Notes: a model not told the origin generated them from the letters alone. 64,000 bases of DNA from an uncultured cyanobacterium (GCA_963803805.1 CAWDOD010000003.1:416001-480000), one strand, 5' to 3'; shown: positions 44,188 through 53,394, counted from the first letter of the stretch. Numbers and translations: made by a program.

Positions 44188-45453
44188 TTATTCATGGCAT
44201 TTCTTTCCTACTTCCTCTAACCTTTGCTGTGCCAGATATAACCATTCATCTTCGTCAGCGTTTAAACGAGAACCCAATTGACAACATTTTTGCCATTCTG
44301 AGATTGCCCCTTTTTCTTTTTGCTTATCCAAAACCTGTGCTAATAAACAATTTGCTGCACCAGGGTTAGGGATATATTGGGCAGCCTTTTTACGCTTGGC
44401 AATACCAATAGCAGCTTGTAGATGTTGCTTGGCTTCTTTGTTTCTACCTTGCTTTAACCTTACCCAACCTAAGTTTTTAAAAACACTGTATCTTATTTCT
44501 AAAACACTATCTTGCTCTTGTGCAAGTTCAAGTCCCTTGGATAACAAAGCCACTGCTTGAGGATACTTTTTTTCCTTGATGTACAAACGCCCTAAGTTAT
44601 TAAAAGCATCGGGAATATCTCCCCCAAGGGCAATTTGATAATTTTTTTTCGCCTTATCAAACTGCTGCAATTCTTCGTAGAGGTTCCCCAAGTTATAATA
44701 AGCATCAGCATTATCTGCATTTAAAGAAGTTGCTTTTTGCCAATCCTGTTCGGCTGAACCCAACTTCCCGGCATCGTAATTCTTTAAACCACTACGGTTA
44801 TAAAAGTTAGAAAAGGCAGGCAGAGAAAACCATAGAGTAGCTATTAATCCTGATACAGCTAAAGTAGAAACTAATTTAACTTCTTCGCGCCAGTGGGGGG
44901 CAACTCTAAATTTAGTGAGGAGACTATCAAAACCCTCTTGCCCAGTTTGAGTTAGTTCGCTGCTAGCTTGGAGTAAAGTGATTAGACTAGGTAAAGTAAC
45001 TGCGGCTGCGCCGAGAAATCCTACCCCGCCGCTAAAAAATCGTGTCGCTAAACTTGCCAGAAGGCTAATGTTAGCTGTCCAACTGGCTAAAGTTAAGATT
45101 TTCCACAAGCTATCCAAACGATCCCAAGGATGGGGAGGTACAATGGTTTCTAATTTCCACCACCAAGCCTCTGGGGCAGGATGAACACTTTCTCGCCACT
45201 GGGTTAATTGTTCTGGTTTAATAGTTTTGATAATTTCTGCTGCTTTTTGCCGCAGTATTTCATCTAATTGAATAATTTGATTTAACTTACTAGTGGGTAA
45301 CTGCTCTTCCTTTTTTAAAGCGATTTGTACAGCATCTCTGGTATTGAGAATAGCTAAAATCTCTTCCGTACTCAATACTGATTTTGACTGTTTCAGTTTC
45401 TCAATTGCTTTTTGGTAGCGTTCAAGGGTAGCAGTTAGCTTAGAAGTAGTCAT
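44188..45453 (-). CDS. Membrane-anchored TPR protein
   Basis: Helical N-terminus with WWW motif, about 3 hydrophobic segments, C-terminal TPRs (AYYNLGNLY, AFNNLGRLY). Confidence 0.8.
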   Translation of the reverse strand: MTTSKLTATLERYQKAIEKLKQSKSVLSTEEILAILNTRDAVQIALKKEEQLPTSKLNQIIQLDEILRQKAAEIIKTIKPEQLTQWRESVHPAPEAWWWKLETIVPPHPWDRLDSLWKILTLASWTANISLLASLATRFFSGGVGFLGAAAVTLPSLITLLQASSELTQTGQEGFDSLLTKFRVAPHWREEVKLVSTLAVSGLIATLWFSLPAFSNFYNRSGLKNYDAGKLGSAEQDWQKATSLNADNADAYYNLGNLYEELQQFDKAKKNYQIALGGDIPDAFNNLGRLYIKEKKYPQAVALLSKGLELAQEQDSVLEIRYSVFKNLGWVRLKQGRNKEAKQHLQAAIGIAKRKKAAQYIPNPGAANCLLAQVLDKQKEKGAISEWQKCCQLGSRLNADEDEWLYLAQQRLEEVGKKCHE

Positions 45454-45502
45454 TTTTCTAGGTTTGACCTAAGAGTATTAGAAGAGAAAATCTTTTACAC
45501 AT

Positions 45503-45530
45503 CCCCCCCACAGAATAAATTCTGGGGCTA
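45503..45530. repeat. Short imperfect palindrome (AGCCCC-GAATTTATTC type), related to the one at 51028-51051
   Basis: cccacagaataaattctggggct; resembles REP or IS200-type hairpins. Confidence 0.4.
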
Positions 45531-45608
45531 GTAGCTAAAGTTATCTTACATCTTTGCCTTGTGAAGAGTTGAGTTTCGCTTCATTCAAACGCAACTTTAT
45601 ATCTCAAT

Positions 45609-45833
45609 TTATTCACCGTTTTCTTCTGTAATTTGCATTTCTTCTTCTGCTTGAACTAATTCCTTAAAAGAGCATCCGCAAGCATCCATGAGTTTCTTTA
45701 TACTAGAAGGAGTCATTCTAGGTACATTTTTAAGCTGATCCCAATTTCTAACAGTGGAAACAGCCACACCAAGTTCAACAGCAATTTCCTCAGCGCGTTT
45801 CCCACTTCTTTGACGTAACTGTTTCATGTTCAT
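45609..45833 (-). CDS. XRE/Cro-like HTH transcriptional regulator
   Basis: LRQRSG..AEEIAVELGVAVSTVRNWD. Confidence 0.88.
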   Translation of the reverse strand: MNMKQLRQRSGKRAEEIAVELGVAVSTVRNWDQLKNVPRMTPSSIKKLMDACGCSFKELVQAEEEMQITEENGE

Positions 45834-45855
45834 TCCAATAGATTACACCAATATG

Positions 45856-45877
45856 CTGGTATAACTAGTTATACCAG
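45856..45877. promoter_or_regulatory. Perfect 22-bp palindrome, putative operator
   Basis: CTGGTATAACT|AGTTATACCAG, between the HTH start and a divergent TTGACT-16nt-TAAAAT promoter (45882-45909). Confidence 0.65.
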
Positions 45878-45950
45878 TTACTTGACTAGTACTAATTAGT
45901 TAGTAAAATAATGATGAACAAGTTATGAAACTTACCGAAACAAGAAAATC

Positions 45951-46151
45951 ATGACTCTAGAAAAATATCGACTCGCCTAGAAGCCTTGGATTATTATCGT
46001 CCAGTCTGTTGGGAAAATTCCCTTAATCCACCGTCGCTTCCGCACCTTAGAAGAAGCAACAGAAGCGATTTTGCCCACTCAAAGACAACTCCCCTCTTTC
46101 AAAGTCTGTGTGGGATACGACCAAACTATTAGCAAAAGAATTGCTAAGTAG
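45951..46151 (+). pseudogene. Small cyanobacterial hypothetical gene with in-frame TAG at codon 10
   Basis: MTLEKYRLA*KPWIIIVQSVGKIPLIHRRFRTLEEATEAILPTQRQLPSFKVCVGYD...; directly downstream of a promoter. Confidence 0.5.
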
Positions 46152-46228
46152 CGGTTATTTTGAGTGTCAAAAGCAATAGCGATATCTTAGTAGTTAGCAT
46201 AACTAAGGTATAACTTGAGAAAGTCACT

Positions 46229-46465
46229 ATGAAAACAGCAATTTTCCTTCCAGATTCAGTTTTTGAAAAAGCAGAAGCATTAGCCAAACAGTTAGGATTG
46301 TCCCGAAGTGAGCTTTACACACAAGCGTTACAAGCTTATTTAAAAAAGTATAATCGCAATCAAATTCTGCATAAGCTTAACCAGGTTTACTCAAATGAAT
46401 CTTCTGAGTTAGATCCGGTGATAGCAAAAATACAATTTATGTCTTTGCCCCGTGAGGATTGGTAA
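46229..46465 (+). CDS. RHH antitoxin (ChpI/MazE-like)
   Basis: MKTAIFLPD..F..AE.LA..LGLSRSELY..AL; overlaps toxin start. Confidence 0.88.
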   Translation: MKTAIFLPDSVFEKAEALAKQLGLSRSELYTQALQAYLKKYNRNQILHKLNQVYSNESSELDPVIAKIQFMSLPREDW

Positions 46466-46803
46466 TGTATAGGGGAGAGATTTGGTGGGCTAATTTACCT
46501 GATCCAGTAGGTTCAGAACCTGGATATCGTCGCCCGGTTTTGATAATTCAAGACGATATTTTTACTTTATCTCGTATTAATACAGTCATTGTTGCCGTTA
46601 TCACCTCAAACACTAAGTTAGCAGAAGCACCAGGTAATGTACTTTTAGCCCAAGAAGCATCAGGCTTGCCCAGAGATTCAGTGGTTAATGTCTCTCAAAT
46701 TTTCACAGTAGATAAAGCATTTCTAGTGGAACGTATTAGTTCACTACCAGACTATTTACAAGAAGAAGTAGATGAAGGATTACGGCTAGTTTTGTATCTT
46801 TAG
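46459..46803 (+). CDS. PemK/MazF family endoribonuclease toxin
   Basis: RGEIWWANL..PVGSEPGYRRPVLIIQ, ITSN, DSVVNVSQI. Confidence 0.93.
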   Translation: MVMYRGEIWWANLPDPVGSEPGYRRPVLIIQDDIFTLSRINTVIVAVITSNTKLAEAPGNVLLAQEASGLPRDSVVNVSQIFTVDKAFLVERISSLPDYLQEEVDEGLRLVLYL

Positions 46804-46826
46804 TGTGATCGCACTTTAATTAATAA

Positions 46827-46851
46827 GTAGGGTGGGCAATGCCCACCTTAC
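46827..46851. repeat. GTAG-type REP-like palindrome between convergent genes
   Basis: gtagggtgggcaatgcccaccttac. Confidence 0.75.
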
Positions 46852-46866
46852 TCACCTCAACCCTTA

Positions 46867-49800
46867 TTACCTATCAAGAGGCCGCCAATCCCCAGAAGGG
46901 ATAAAAGCAGCCCAGTAATAAGGATGGTTGTATTTTTCGCTGTTGAGCATTTCTAGTTGTGTTTGTCGCAGGGCTTCGCTTCTACCTTCATTAGCAAGAA
47001 GTTTATCGTAGTAGGCGATCATTAAATCCTTGGTGGCATCATCTGCTACTTTCCACAAACTAATGACCTGACTTTCTGCCCCGGCTATAACTAAGGCGCG
47101 ACGTAAGCCGTAGATACCTTCTCCGGCGCTAACACTTCCTGTACCTGTATCGCAGGCGGAGAGGACGACTAGTTTTGTACCTACTAAATCTAGGAGGGTA
47201 GTTTCTTGAGCGGTGAGGATACCATCTTCTTGAGTGCCACTATCGCTGACTTTGAAGCCTGCTAAGACTAAGCCGGAAAGGAGGAGGGGATTGTCTTGGA
47301 TGGTGGTTTGATTTTCTGGGCTACGCTTAGGGTTTTCAAAAAAGCCGTGGGTGGCGATGTGGAGAATGCTAGGGCTGTTAACCTGTTTGACTCTTTCTTC
47401 TGTTGCTTGGGTATCGGTTAAGGCTGTTACTCCCAATTTTATGGCAATGGCTTCTGCTTCATCTTTCGTACCTTCTAAGCGAGTTGTGAGTCGATTGGAA
47501 AGATTGAAGGTGCGGGTGTTTGTTTCTAGTGCGATCGCTTCACCAGGATTATTGAAGTTAGGATCACCCATGATGATGGGTTGTTGTTGGCTGGGGGATT
47601 GGTTTTGTAGCCGTAGTAAGTCTCTGCCGGAGGTGAGGTAGGTGAAGGAATAGTTTTCTACCAGGTATTGGTTATTTTCGTCTACTAGGGCTTCAAAGGG
47701 GACGAGGTTGAGTTGGCTGTCGGGGGAGATGAGGATGTTGCGGGTGTTGCCTAGGTGTTTTCTAATGGGTTCGGTGATGAGGGTGTCTAATTCGCGGGCT
47801 GCTTGTTTTACTTCTTTGATCGGGGTTAAGTAAGGGTATGTACTTAAGGTACGGCGGAAGTCTCCTACAGCAGAGTCAATTTTTAGGGCTGTATCGAGAT
47901 CAATGCCGATGGGTTTTCCTTGGGAGGGGAGGATGTAGGCTGCGTAGCGAGGTTCTTCCCATTGTCTAGTTTTAGGGTTGTAAGGTCGATATTTTATCAA
48001 TTCCATCAATGCAGCATCAGCAGCAATAAGTTTCTGGATAGATTCTATATTGGCGCTTTGAAATCCTTGGCGAAACTCTTGACTGCGGCTACTGAGTTCT
48101 CTTTCTAGTTGTTTGGCTTGTTGATCTAGTTCAGCAACCCTAGCACGGTATTGTTCTAGGGGTAGTTTTTCTGGTTGATTGTGGATTAAGTTAGCGAGTT
48201 GGCTGTAGGTTGTGGTTAGTTCATTAAGGAGTTGCTGATTTTCTGGTTCTAAGCGTTGGCGGAGGATTTGTAGGCTGTTGGTAAAGAAATCTAGGATGCG
48301 ACCTTTACGTTGTAGGATGCTAGTTAGAGCTAGGTTGGCTGCTTGGGAATTGTTTGGTGCAGTATTTAGGTGAAAGGAAAGGCTTAAATTAGCAGTGTCA
48401 GCAATTTCTCGTTTTTTCAAATAGTCACGTTTTTGGCGCTCGAACCCATTAAAAAGATTATGGACTAAGTTATATTCTTCACTTTCAAGCACTTGTGTAA
48501 AGTATTCAATAGATGAAGAAGTATTGTCTTCTCCCCAATAAGACAATGCCAAATTACTCAGGCTAGTAATCATATCAGGATGCTCCTCCCCCAAGAGATG
48601 TTTTCTAATCTCCAAAGCTTGGAGATGATAAGTTTTCGCTTCTGCATACCTCCCTTGACTGTCATATAATACTCCCAAATTATTAAGGCTGATCGCTACA
48701 TCAAGATGCTCTTCTCCTAAGATACGTTTTCTCATTTCCAGAGCTTGGAGATGATAAGTTTCTGCTTCTGCATACTTCTCCTGATTTCTGTACAGACCTC
48801 CCAAATTATTAAGGGTAGTAGCTACATCAAGATGTTCCTCTCCTAAGAGGCGTTTTCTCATCTCTAAAGCTTGGAGGTAGTATTTTTCTGCTTTTTGATA
48901 CTCATTTTGGTCATCGTACAGAAAAGCCACATTATGGAGACTACTAGCTACCTCAGGATGCTCCTCTCCTAAGACACGTTTTCTCATTTCCAGAGCTTGG
49001 AGATGATAAGTGTCTGCTTCTGGATATCTCCCTTGACTGTCATACAGCACTGCCAAGTTACTAAGGCTAATAGCTACCTCAGGATGCTCTTCCCCCAAGA
49101 GACTCTTTCTCATCTCCAAAGCTTGAAGGTAGTATTTTTCTGCTTCTACATATTTCCCTTGAATGTAATATAGAAAAGCCAAGTTATTGAGGTTAGTAGC
49201 TATATCAGGATGTTCCTCTCCCAAAAAACTCTTTCTCATCTCCAAAGCTTGGAGGTAGTATTTTTCTGCTTCTTCATACCTCCCTTGATCATCGTAAACT
49301 ACTGCCAAATTATTAAGAGTAGTGGCTAAATCAGGATGCCCCTGTTTGAAGAGGCGTTTTCTCATTTCCAAAGCCTGGAGGTAGTATCTTTCTGCTTCTC
49401 CATAACTTCCTCGACTATCGTACAATACTCCCAAATTATTAAGATTAGTGGCTATATCAGGATGTTCCTCTCCCAAGAGACGTTTTCTCATTTCCAAAGC
49501 TTGGAGATAGTATTTTTCTGCTTCTTCATACCTCCCTTGATTTTTGTATAATGCTGCCAAATTATGAATACTAGCAGCTACATCAGGATGCTCCCCTCCC
49601 AAGAGACGTTTTCTCATTTCCAAAGCTTGGAGATAGTATTTTTCTGCTTCTGCATATTCCCCTTTACTGTCATGCAGCCCTGCTAAATTATTCAGGCTAG
49701 CAGCTAAATCAGGATGCCCCTGTCTGAATAAACGTTTTCTCATTTCCAAGGCTTGGAAGTAGTATCTTTCTGCTTCTCCATAACTTCCTTGAAAGTGGTG

Positions 49801-50007
49801 CATAGCTCCCAAATTATTGAGACTAGTAGCTACATCGGGATGCTCCTCTCCCAAGATTCTTTTACGAATAGCTAAAGCTTTTTCTGCTAAGGAAATTGCT
49901 TCATTGTATTTTCCTTCTTGATAAAGTTGAATTAGCTGTTGATTAAGCCTTTCTGCTTCTGCAAGTTCATTACCTTGAGCTACCAAAACATTAGAATCTT
50001 CCTGTCC
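46867..50007 (-). CDS. TPR-repeat CHAT (caspase-like) protease, 5' end cut by IS982
   Basis: 11 tandem 42-aa kinesin-light-chain-like TPRs; CHAT dyad motifs LHIATHG and LSACDTG; frame open up to the IS junction. Confidence 0.9.
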   Translation of the reverse strand, partial: GQEDSNVLVAQGNELAEAERLNQQLIQLYQEGKYNEAISLAEKALAIRKRILGEEHPDVATSLNNLGAMHHFQGSYGEAERYYFQALEMRKRLFRQGHPDLAASLNNLAGLHDSKGEYAEAEKYYLQALEMRKRLLGGEHPDVAASIHNLAALYKNQGRYEEAEKYYLQALEMRKRLLGEEHPDIATNLNNLGVLYDSRGSYGEAERYYLQALEMRKRLFKQGHPDLATTLNNLAVVYDDQGRYEEAEKYYLQALEMRKSFLGEEHPDIATNLNNLAFLYYIQGKYVEAEKYYLQALEMRKSLLGEEHPEVAISLSNLAVLYDSQGRYPEADTYHLQALEMRKRVLGEEHPEVASSLHNVAFLYDDQNEYQKAEKYYLQALEMRKRLLGEEHLDVATTLNNLGGLYRNQEKYAEAETYHLQALEMRKRILGEEHLDVAISLNNLGVLYDSQGRYAEAKTYHLQALEIRKHLLGEEHPDMITSLSNLALSYWGEDNTSSSIEYFTQVLESEEYNLVHNLFNGFERQKRDYLKKREIADTANLSLSFHLNTAPNNSQAANLALTSILQRKGRILDFFTNSLQILRQRLEPENQQLLNELTTTYSQLANLIHNQPEKLPLEQYRARVAELDQQAKQLERELSSRSQEFRQGFQSANIESIQKLIAADAALMELIKYRPYNPKTRQWEEPRYAAYILPSQGKPIGIDLDTALKIDSAVGDFRRTLSTYPYLTPIKEVKQAARELDTLITEPIRKHLGNTRNILISPDSQLNLVPFEALVDENNQYLVENYSFTYLTSGRDLLRLQNQSPSQQQPIIMGDPNFNNPGEAIALETNTRTFNLSNRLTTRLEGTKDEAEAIAIKLGVTALTDTQATEERVKQVNSPSILHIATHGFFENPKRSPENQTTIQDNPLLLSGLVLAGFKVSDSGTQEDGILTAQETTLLDLVGTKLVVLSACDTGTGSVSAGEGIYGLRRALVIAGAESQVISLWKVADDATKDLMIAYYDKLLANEGRSEALRQTQLEMLNSEKYNHPYYWAAFIPSGDWRPLDR

Positions 50008-51021
50008 AACGTGAGTTCGATGAAGTTAAAAAACAGCAGAAGGAAGTTCAGCTAGGCCTTTGGGGTCAAGGTCAAGGGAAGGCTTTTTGGGCAAGAAAGT
50101 ATAAGCGATTAGACCAGCTAAGAGATTAACCAAAAAATTCCAAACGCTACGGTGTCTTGAATGCTGAATCTGACAGATATTCTTGAGCTGGTCATTAACA
50201 GTCTCAATCAGAGAACGCTTACGTAGGAGAATCTTATCCTGAAGACGCATTAACTTCGGCTTCATATTTTTCTTGCGGTGTGTAATCAGTTGTAGTCTTT
50301 GTTCATAGAGTTTCTCAAACAAATCCTGAGAAATATAACCTCGGTCGCCAAATAACTTACCAATCAAGCCATCAGCCATATCTGGCACAGGGTTACGGTC
50401 ATCAGTATTACCCTCTGTAAGTTTGAAAGCAAGCAGCTCACCTTTGTCATTAATAATTAGATGTAGCTTGAAGCCATAATGCCATCCCATAGCATTTTTG
50501 CCCCAACCTACCAAACCTTCAAAAACACGGTGGCTTTTGGAGCGATTCGGGTGGCAGACCTCAATGGGGGTAGAATCAATAAAGCTGATGCCGGTAATTT
50601 CTCCTCGAAGAGTATGTAGAAAACAGCAAAGAAGCATTAAGCTCCACGGCATTAGCTCTACGAATCGAGTGTAACTGACCAAGTTGGGAAAAGCTTTCTT
50701 CCAGTAAGGCAAGACTTGTAGAGTGTAAAATTCTTTAAAAGTGCGAAATCCCGAACCATGAAAGGCAATGACAATGGTCATCACTTCGCTTAGGCTTAGG
50801 CGGGAGCGACATAGACGCTCTCCACAAGTTGCTGTTAACATTGGCTGTTGTTGCCAATGCCTCTCAAACCTTTGATAAAAGTCATCTACCTGACAGAATA
50901 TTTGGGTGATATCGAGACGAGATACAATATTGGACATAGCATCAGATTCTGATTAAGATTCATTTTCAGCATACCTCTGATGCTTTTCTTTTCTCTCTTT
51001 TTCCTCCGTCGAACTCACGTT
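50008..51021 (-). mobile_element. IS982-family insertion sequence, copy 2 (1014 bp)
   Basis: Same IRs, length and orientation as copy 1; identical translation; no target duplication visible. Confidence 0.92.
50026..50937 (-). CDS. IS982-family DDE transposase
   Basis: Protein identical to 39205..40116. Confidence 0.93.
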   Translation of the reverse strand: MSNIVSRLDITQIFCQVDDFYQRFERHWQQQPMLTATCGERLCRSRLSLSEVMTIVIAFHGSGFRTFKEFYTLQVLPYWKKAFPNLVSYTRFVELMPWSLMLLCCFLHTLRGEITGISFIDSTPIEVCHPNRSKSHRVFEGLVGWGKNAMGWHYGFKLHLIINDKGELLAFKLTEGNTDDRNPVPDMADGLIGKLFGDRGYISQDLFEKLYEQRLQLITHRKKNMKPKLMRLQDKILLRKRSLIETVNDQLKNICQIQHSRHRSVWNFLVNLLAGLIAYTFLPKKPSLDLDPKGLAELPSAVF

Positions 51022-51056
51022 ATTTCAAGCCCCTGGATTCATCAATAGGGTAACAC

Positions 51057-51090
51057 TTTTGACTTTTGACTTTTGACTTCCGCAAAGCGG
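51057..51090. repeat. TTTTGAC heptamer tandem repeat ending in a small CCGC-AAA-GCGG hairpin
   Basis: ttttgacttttgacttttgacttccgcaaagcgg. Confidence 0.7.
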
Positions 51091-51097
51091 TTGACCA

Positions 51098-52123
51098 CTA
51101 TTTAATCAAACTATCAAATAATTGTAGGTATTTCTGAGCAATTGTTTGAGCCGTATATTTTTCTAAATGCTTTTGAGCATGAGAACGCAATTGTAAGCGC
51201 TGTTGCTCATCTTCAAGGAGCAACTCAATTAACCTAGCCATTTCCGGTACATCTTTATTCGGAAAAGTTAATCCACAAGGGCCAACTGCCTCTATTAAGC
51301 CACCATTACCTGTGGTGAGAGGAACACAGCCACAGGCAATACCTTCTAGGGCAACAATGCCAAATGGCTCTTTCCAGGTAGAGGGGATAATCATAACTTT
51401 GTGCTGATTCAACACTTCAACAAGCTCTTGTCCCCTGAGTACGCCCACAAAATTAACCTGCTCCGTTAATCCGAACTTCTCCACTTTTTGCCTCAGTTTC
51501 TGCTTTTCTGCCCCATCGCCAATTAAGGTTATTTTATATGTTCGCCCTCGTTGTTTTAAAAGAGCTAAAGCCTCAAGGATAAAACGTACACCCTTATCCC
51601 TAACTAATCGCCCCAAGTAAACTAATTCTGTCTCCCTAACCAGACCAGGAATTTCTCTAAACAACGAAGCCCGGTAGGGATTGCCTAGCACTACACCAGG
51701 ACGTTTCGTTAACTGCTGCATCTCTTCGCATAGATAAACGTGAGTTACAAAACGCTCCAACAGATAGTATTGCATTCTAATTGGTCTACGCATTCCCACA
51801 TAAAAGAGGAAAAATTGATGCAACAACACATAAGGCTTTGATAGGACAAGGGCATAATAGGTCAAAAGTCCTAAGCCAGACCTCATCAAGCCATTATGAA
51901 GACAAACATCACACCACCTGACTGTTTCCCACATCATTTTTCTACTAGGTGTACGGATAACAGTAAAACGACTATCTTGATCAAAATCCTCACCACCTTT
52001 CGTCCGAGTAAGAAGCCGCACCTGATGACCTTGATTAACGAATTCTTCGGCAAGTGCCTGTGCTGTTGTTTCTATACCTCCCAAATTGGGCAGATAAGTT
52101 TGTGACCAGATGAGAATTTTCAT
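51098..52123 (-). CDS. Glycosyltransferase family 4
   Basis: GGIET, GRLVRDKG, EPFGIVALEGIACG. Confidence 0.9.
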   Translation of the reverse strand: MKILIWSQTYLPNLGGIETTAQALAEEFVNQGHQVRLLTRTKGGEDFDQDSRFTVIRTPSRKMMWETVRWCDVCLHNGLMRSGLGLLTYYALVLSKPYVLLHQFFLFYVGMRRPIRMQYYLLERFVTHVYLCEEMQQLTKRPGVVLGNPYRASLFREIPGLVRETELVYLGRLVRDKGVRFILEALALLKQRGRTYKITLIGDGAEKQKLRQKVEKFGLTEQVNFVGVLRGQELVEVLNQHKVMIIPSTWKEPFGIVALEGIACGCVPLTTGNGGLIEAVGPCGLTFPNKDVPEMARLIELLLEDEQQRLQLRSHAQKHLEKYTAQTIAQKYLQLFDSLIK

Positions 52124-52183
52124 TTTTGAAGCTAACTAGAAAGAAGTTATTAAACCTCAAAATTAATCAAAAGACTCTACGCT

Positions 52184-53314
52184 TCATCTGCTTGCGGCAA
52201 TAAAGTCAAGCATCTTTTCTTTCACTGAAGCCGTTTCTACATTTCCTTGGGGATTTCTTCTCACAATTCCAGCATTCTTTAAAAATGCCTTACCTAAAGT
52301 AGCTAAAACTTCTATATTGTAAGGACTCGCATCATCTATTGCTTCAGTAACTTCAATACGTCCTCTCTTAATCTTCTTTCTTTCCTCTTCATCCAAACTA
52401 CTTAATAATTCCTGCTTTAACTCGCTATCCATCAAGCTTGCTAAATATTGAGTAGATAAATTAGGTTGCAAACGTAAATAACGGTTCGGTTTATCTTCAC
52501 CGAAAAGAATTTCTCTAGCTATATAATCGTTAATATCTAAAGGCCCATCCATCAAAACATCAATAATATGTCCAGCCCAATTTAATACCCCCCAATTTCT
52601 CGCATCTTCATAAGCAATTGGCTTAATAACATCACCTGTACCAATGGAAAGTACACTGATATTCCTTAAATCATTGCCCAATCTTACTGCCTCTGCTAAA
52701 GCACAAGCAACAGGGTTATTGGCACTAACTCCGCCATCAATACCCGAAAATTCCTCATCTCTAGGTTTAGCAATTCTGTAAGCAGGAAAAAAAGTTGGTG
52801 CAGATGCAGAACAAACACAAAGTTCCCAGACAGGAATATCGGCGTACCACATTTTATGTCGCCAACTTTTGAAAACTTCGGGGCGACGGGTAATTGTATC
52901 GTAGGAAGTAATTAATAATTTTCCAGGAGATTCAATACTGGGAGTAAGTTCTCCTAGGGTTGTTTTTTCTCCAAACTGTTCTTTCAAAACCTCAATCAAA
53001 CCATCATGGGAAAACTTTGGTGCAGAAAGACCACGTTCTAAAACTAGTTTAAATCTCCGGGGATTAAAATAGCCCCAAGTACCACTATAAGGAAAAATTC
53101 TATGACCATTTTTTTTATATAAATTAAGTAAGTCACGAGCAGATTTTTTACCAGCAATTCCAGTGGCTATAATTGAACCTGTAGAAGTTCCAGCAATTAA
53201 ATCAAAATATTCATGTAAAGGTTGGTCAACTAACTTTTCAAACCCTTCTAAGATTTGTGCAGCTAAAGTACCGCGAATTCCACCACCATCTAGACTTAAA
53301 ATACGATAGGGCAT
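52184..53314 (-). CDS. Patatin-like phospholipase
   Basis: DGGGIRG, GTSTG, SASAPTFFP, DGG. Confidence 0.93.
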   Translation of the reverse strand: MPYRILSLDGGGIRGTLAAQILEGFEKLVDQPLHEYFDLIAGTSTGSIIATGIAGKKSARDLLNLYKKNGHRIFPYSGTWGYFNPRRFKLVLERGLSAPKFSHDGLIEVLKEQFGEKTTLGELTPSIESPGKLLITSYDTITRRPEVFKSWRHKMWYADIPVWELCVCSASAPTFFPAYRIAKPRDEEFSGIDGGVSANNPVACALAEAVRLGNDLRNISVLSIGTGDVIKPIAYEDARNWGVLNWAGHIIDVLMDGPLDINDYIAREILFGEDKPNRYLRLQPNLSTQYLASLMDSELKQELLSSLDEEERKKIKRGRIEVTEAIDDASPYNIEVLATLGKAFLKNAGIVRRNPQGNVETASVKEKMLDFIAASR

Positions 53315-53394
53315 ATTGTTTTAGGCAATAGTAATACAGTCGTGCTAAATATAAGTATGCCAAGAGTATGCCAATTATCAAAGCGGAACACATT

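Noticed and set aside
48540..49900. 126-nt repeats as a CRISPR array or DGR target
   Set aside because: They are in-frame TPR codons; no spacers, cas genes or reverse transcriptase
52184..53314. Patatin as a CBASS CapV effector
   Set aside because: No cyclic-nucleotide synthase or Cap2/Cap3 nearby; lone patatins are common in cyanobacteria
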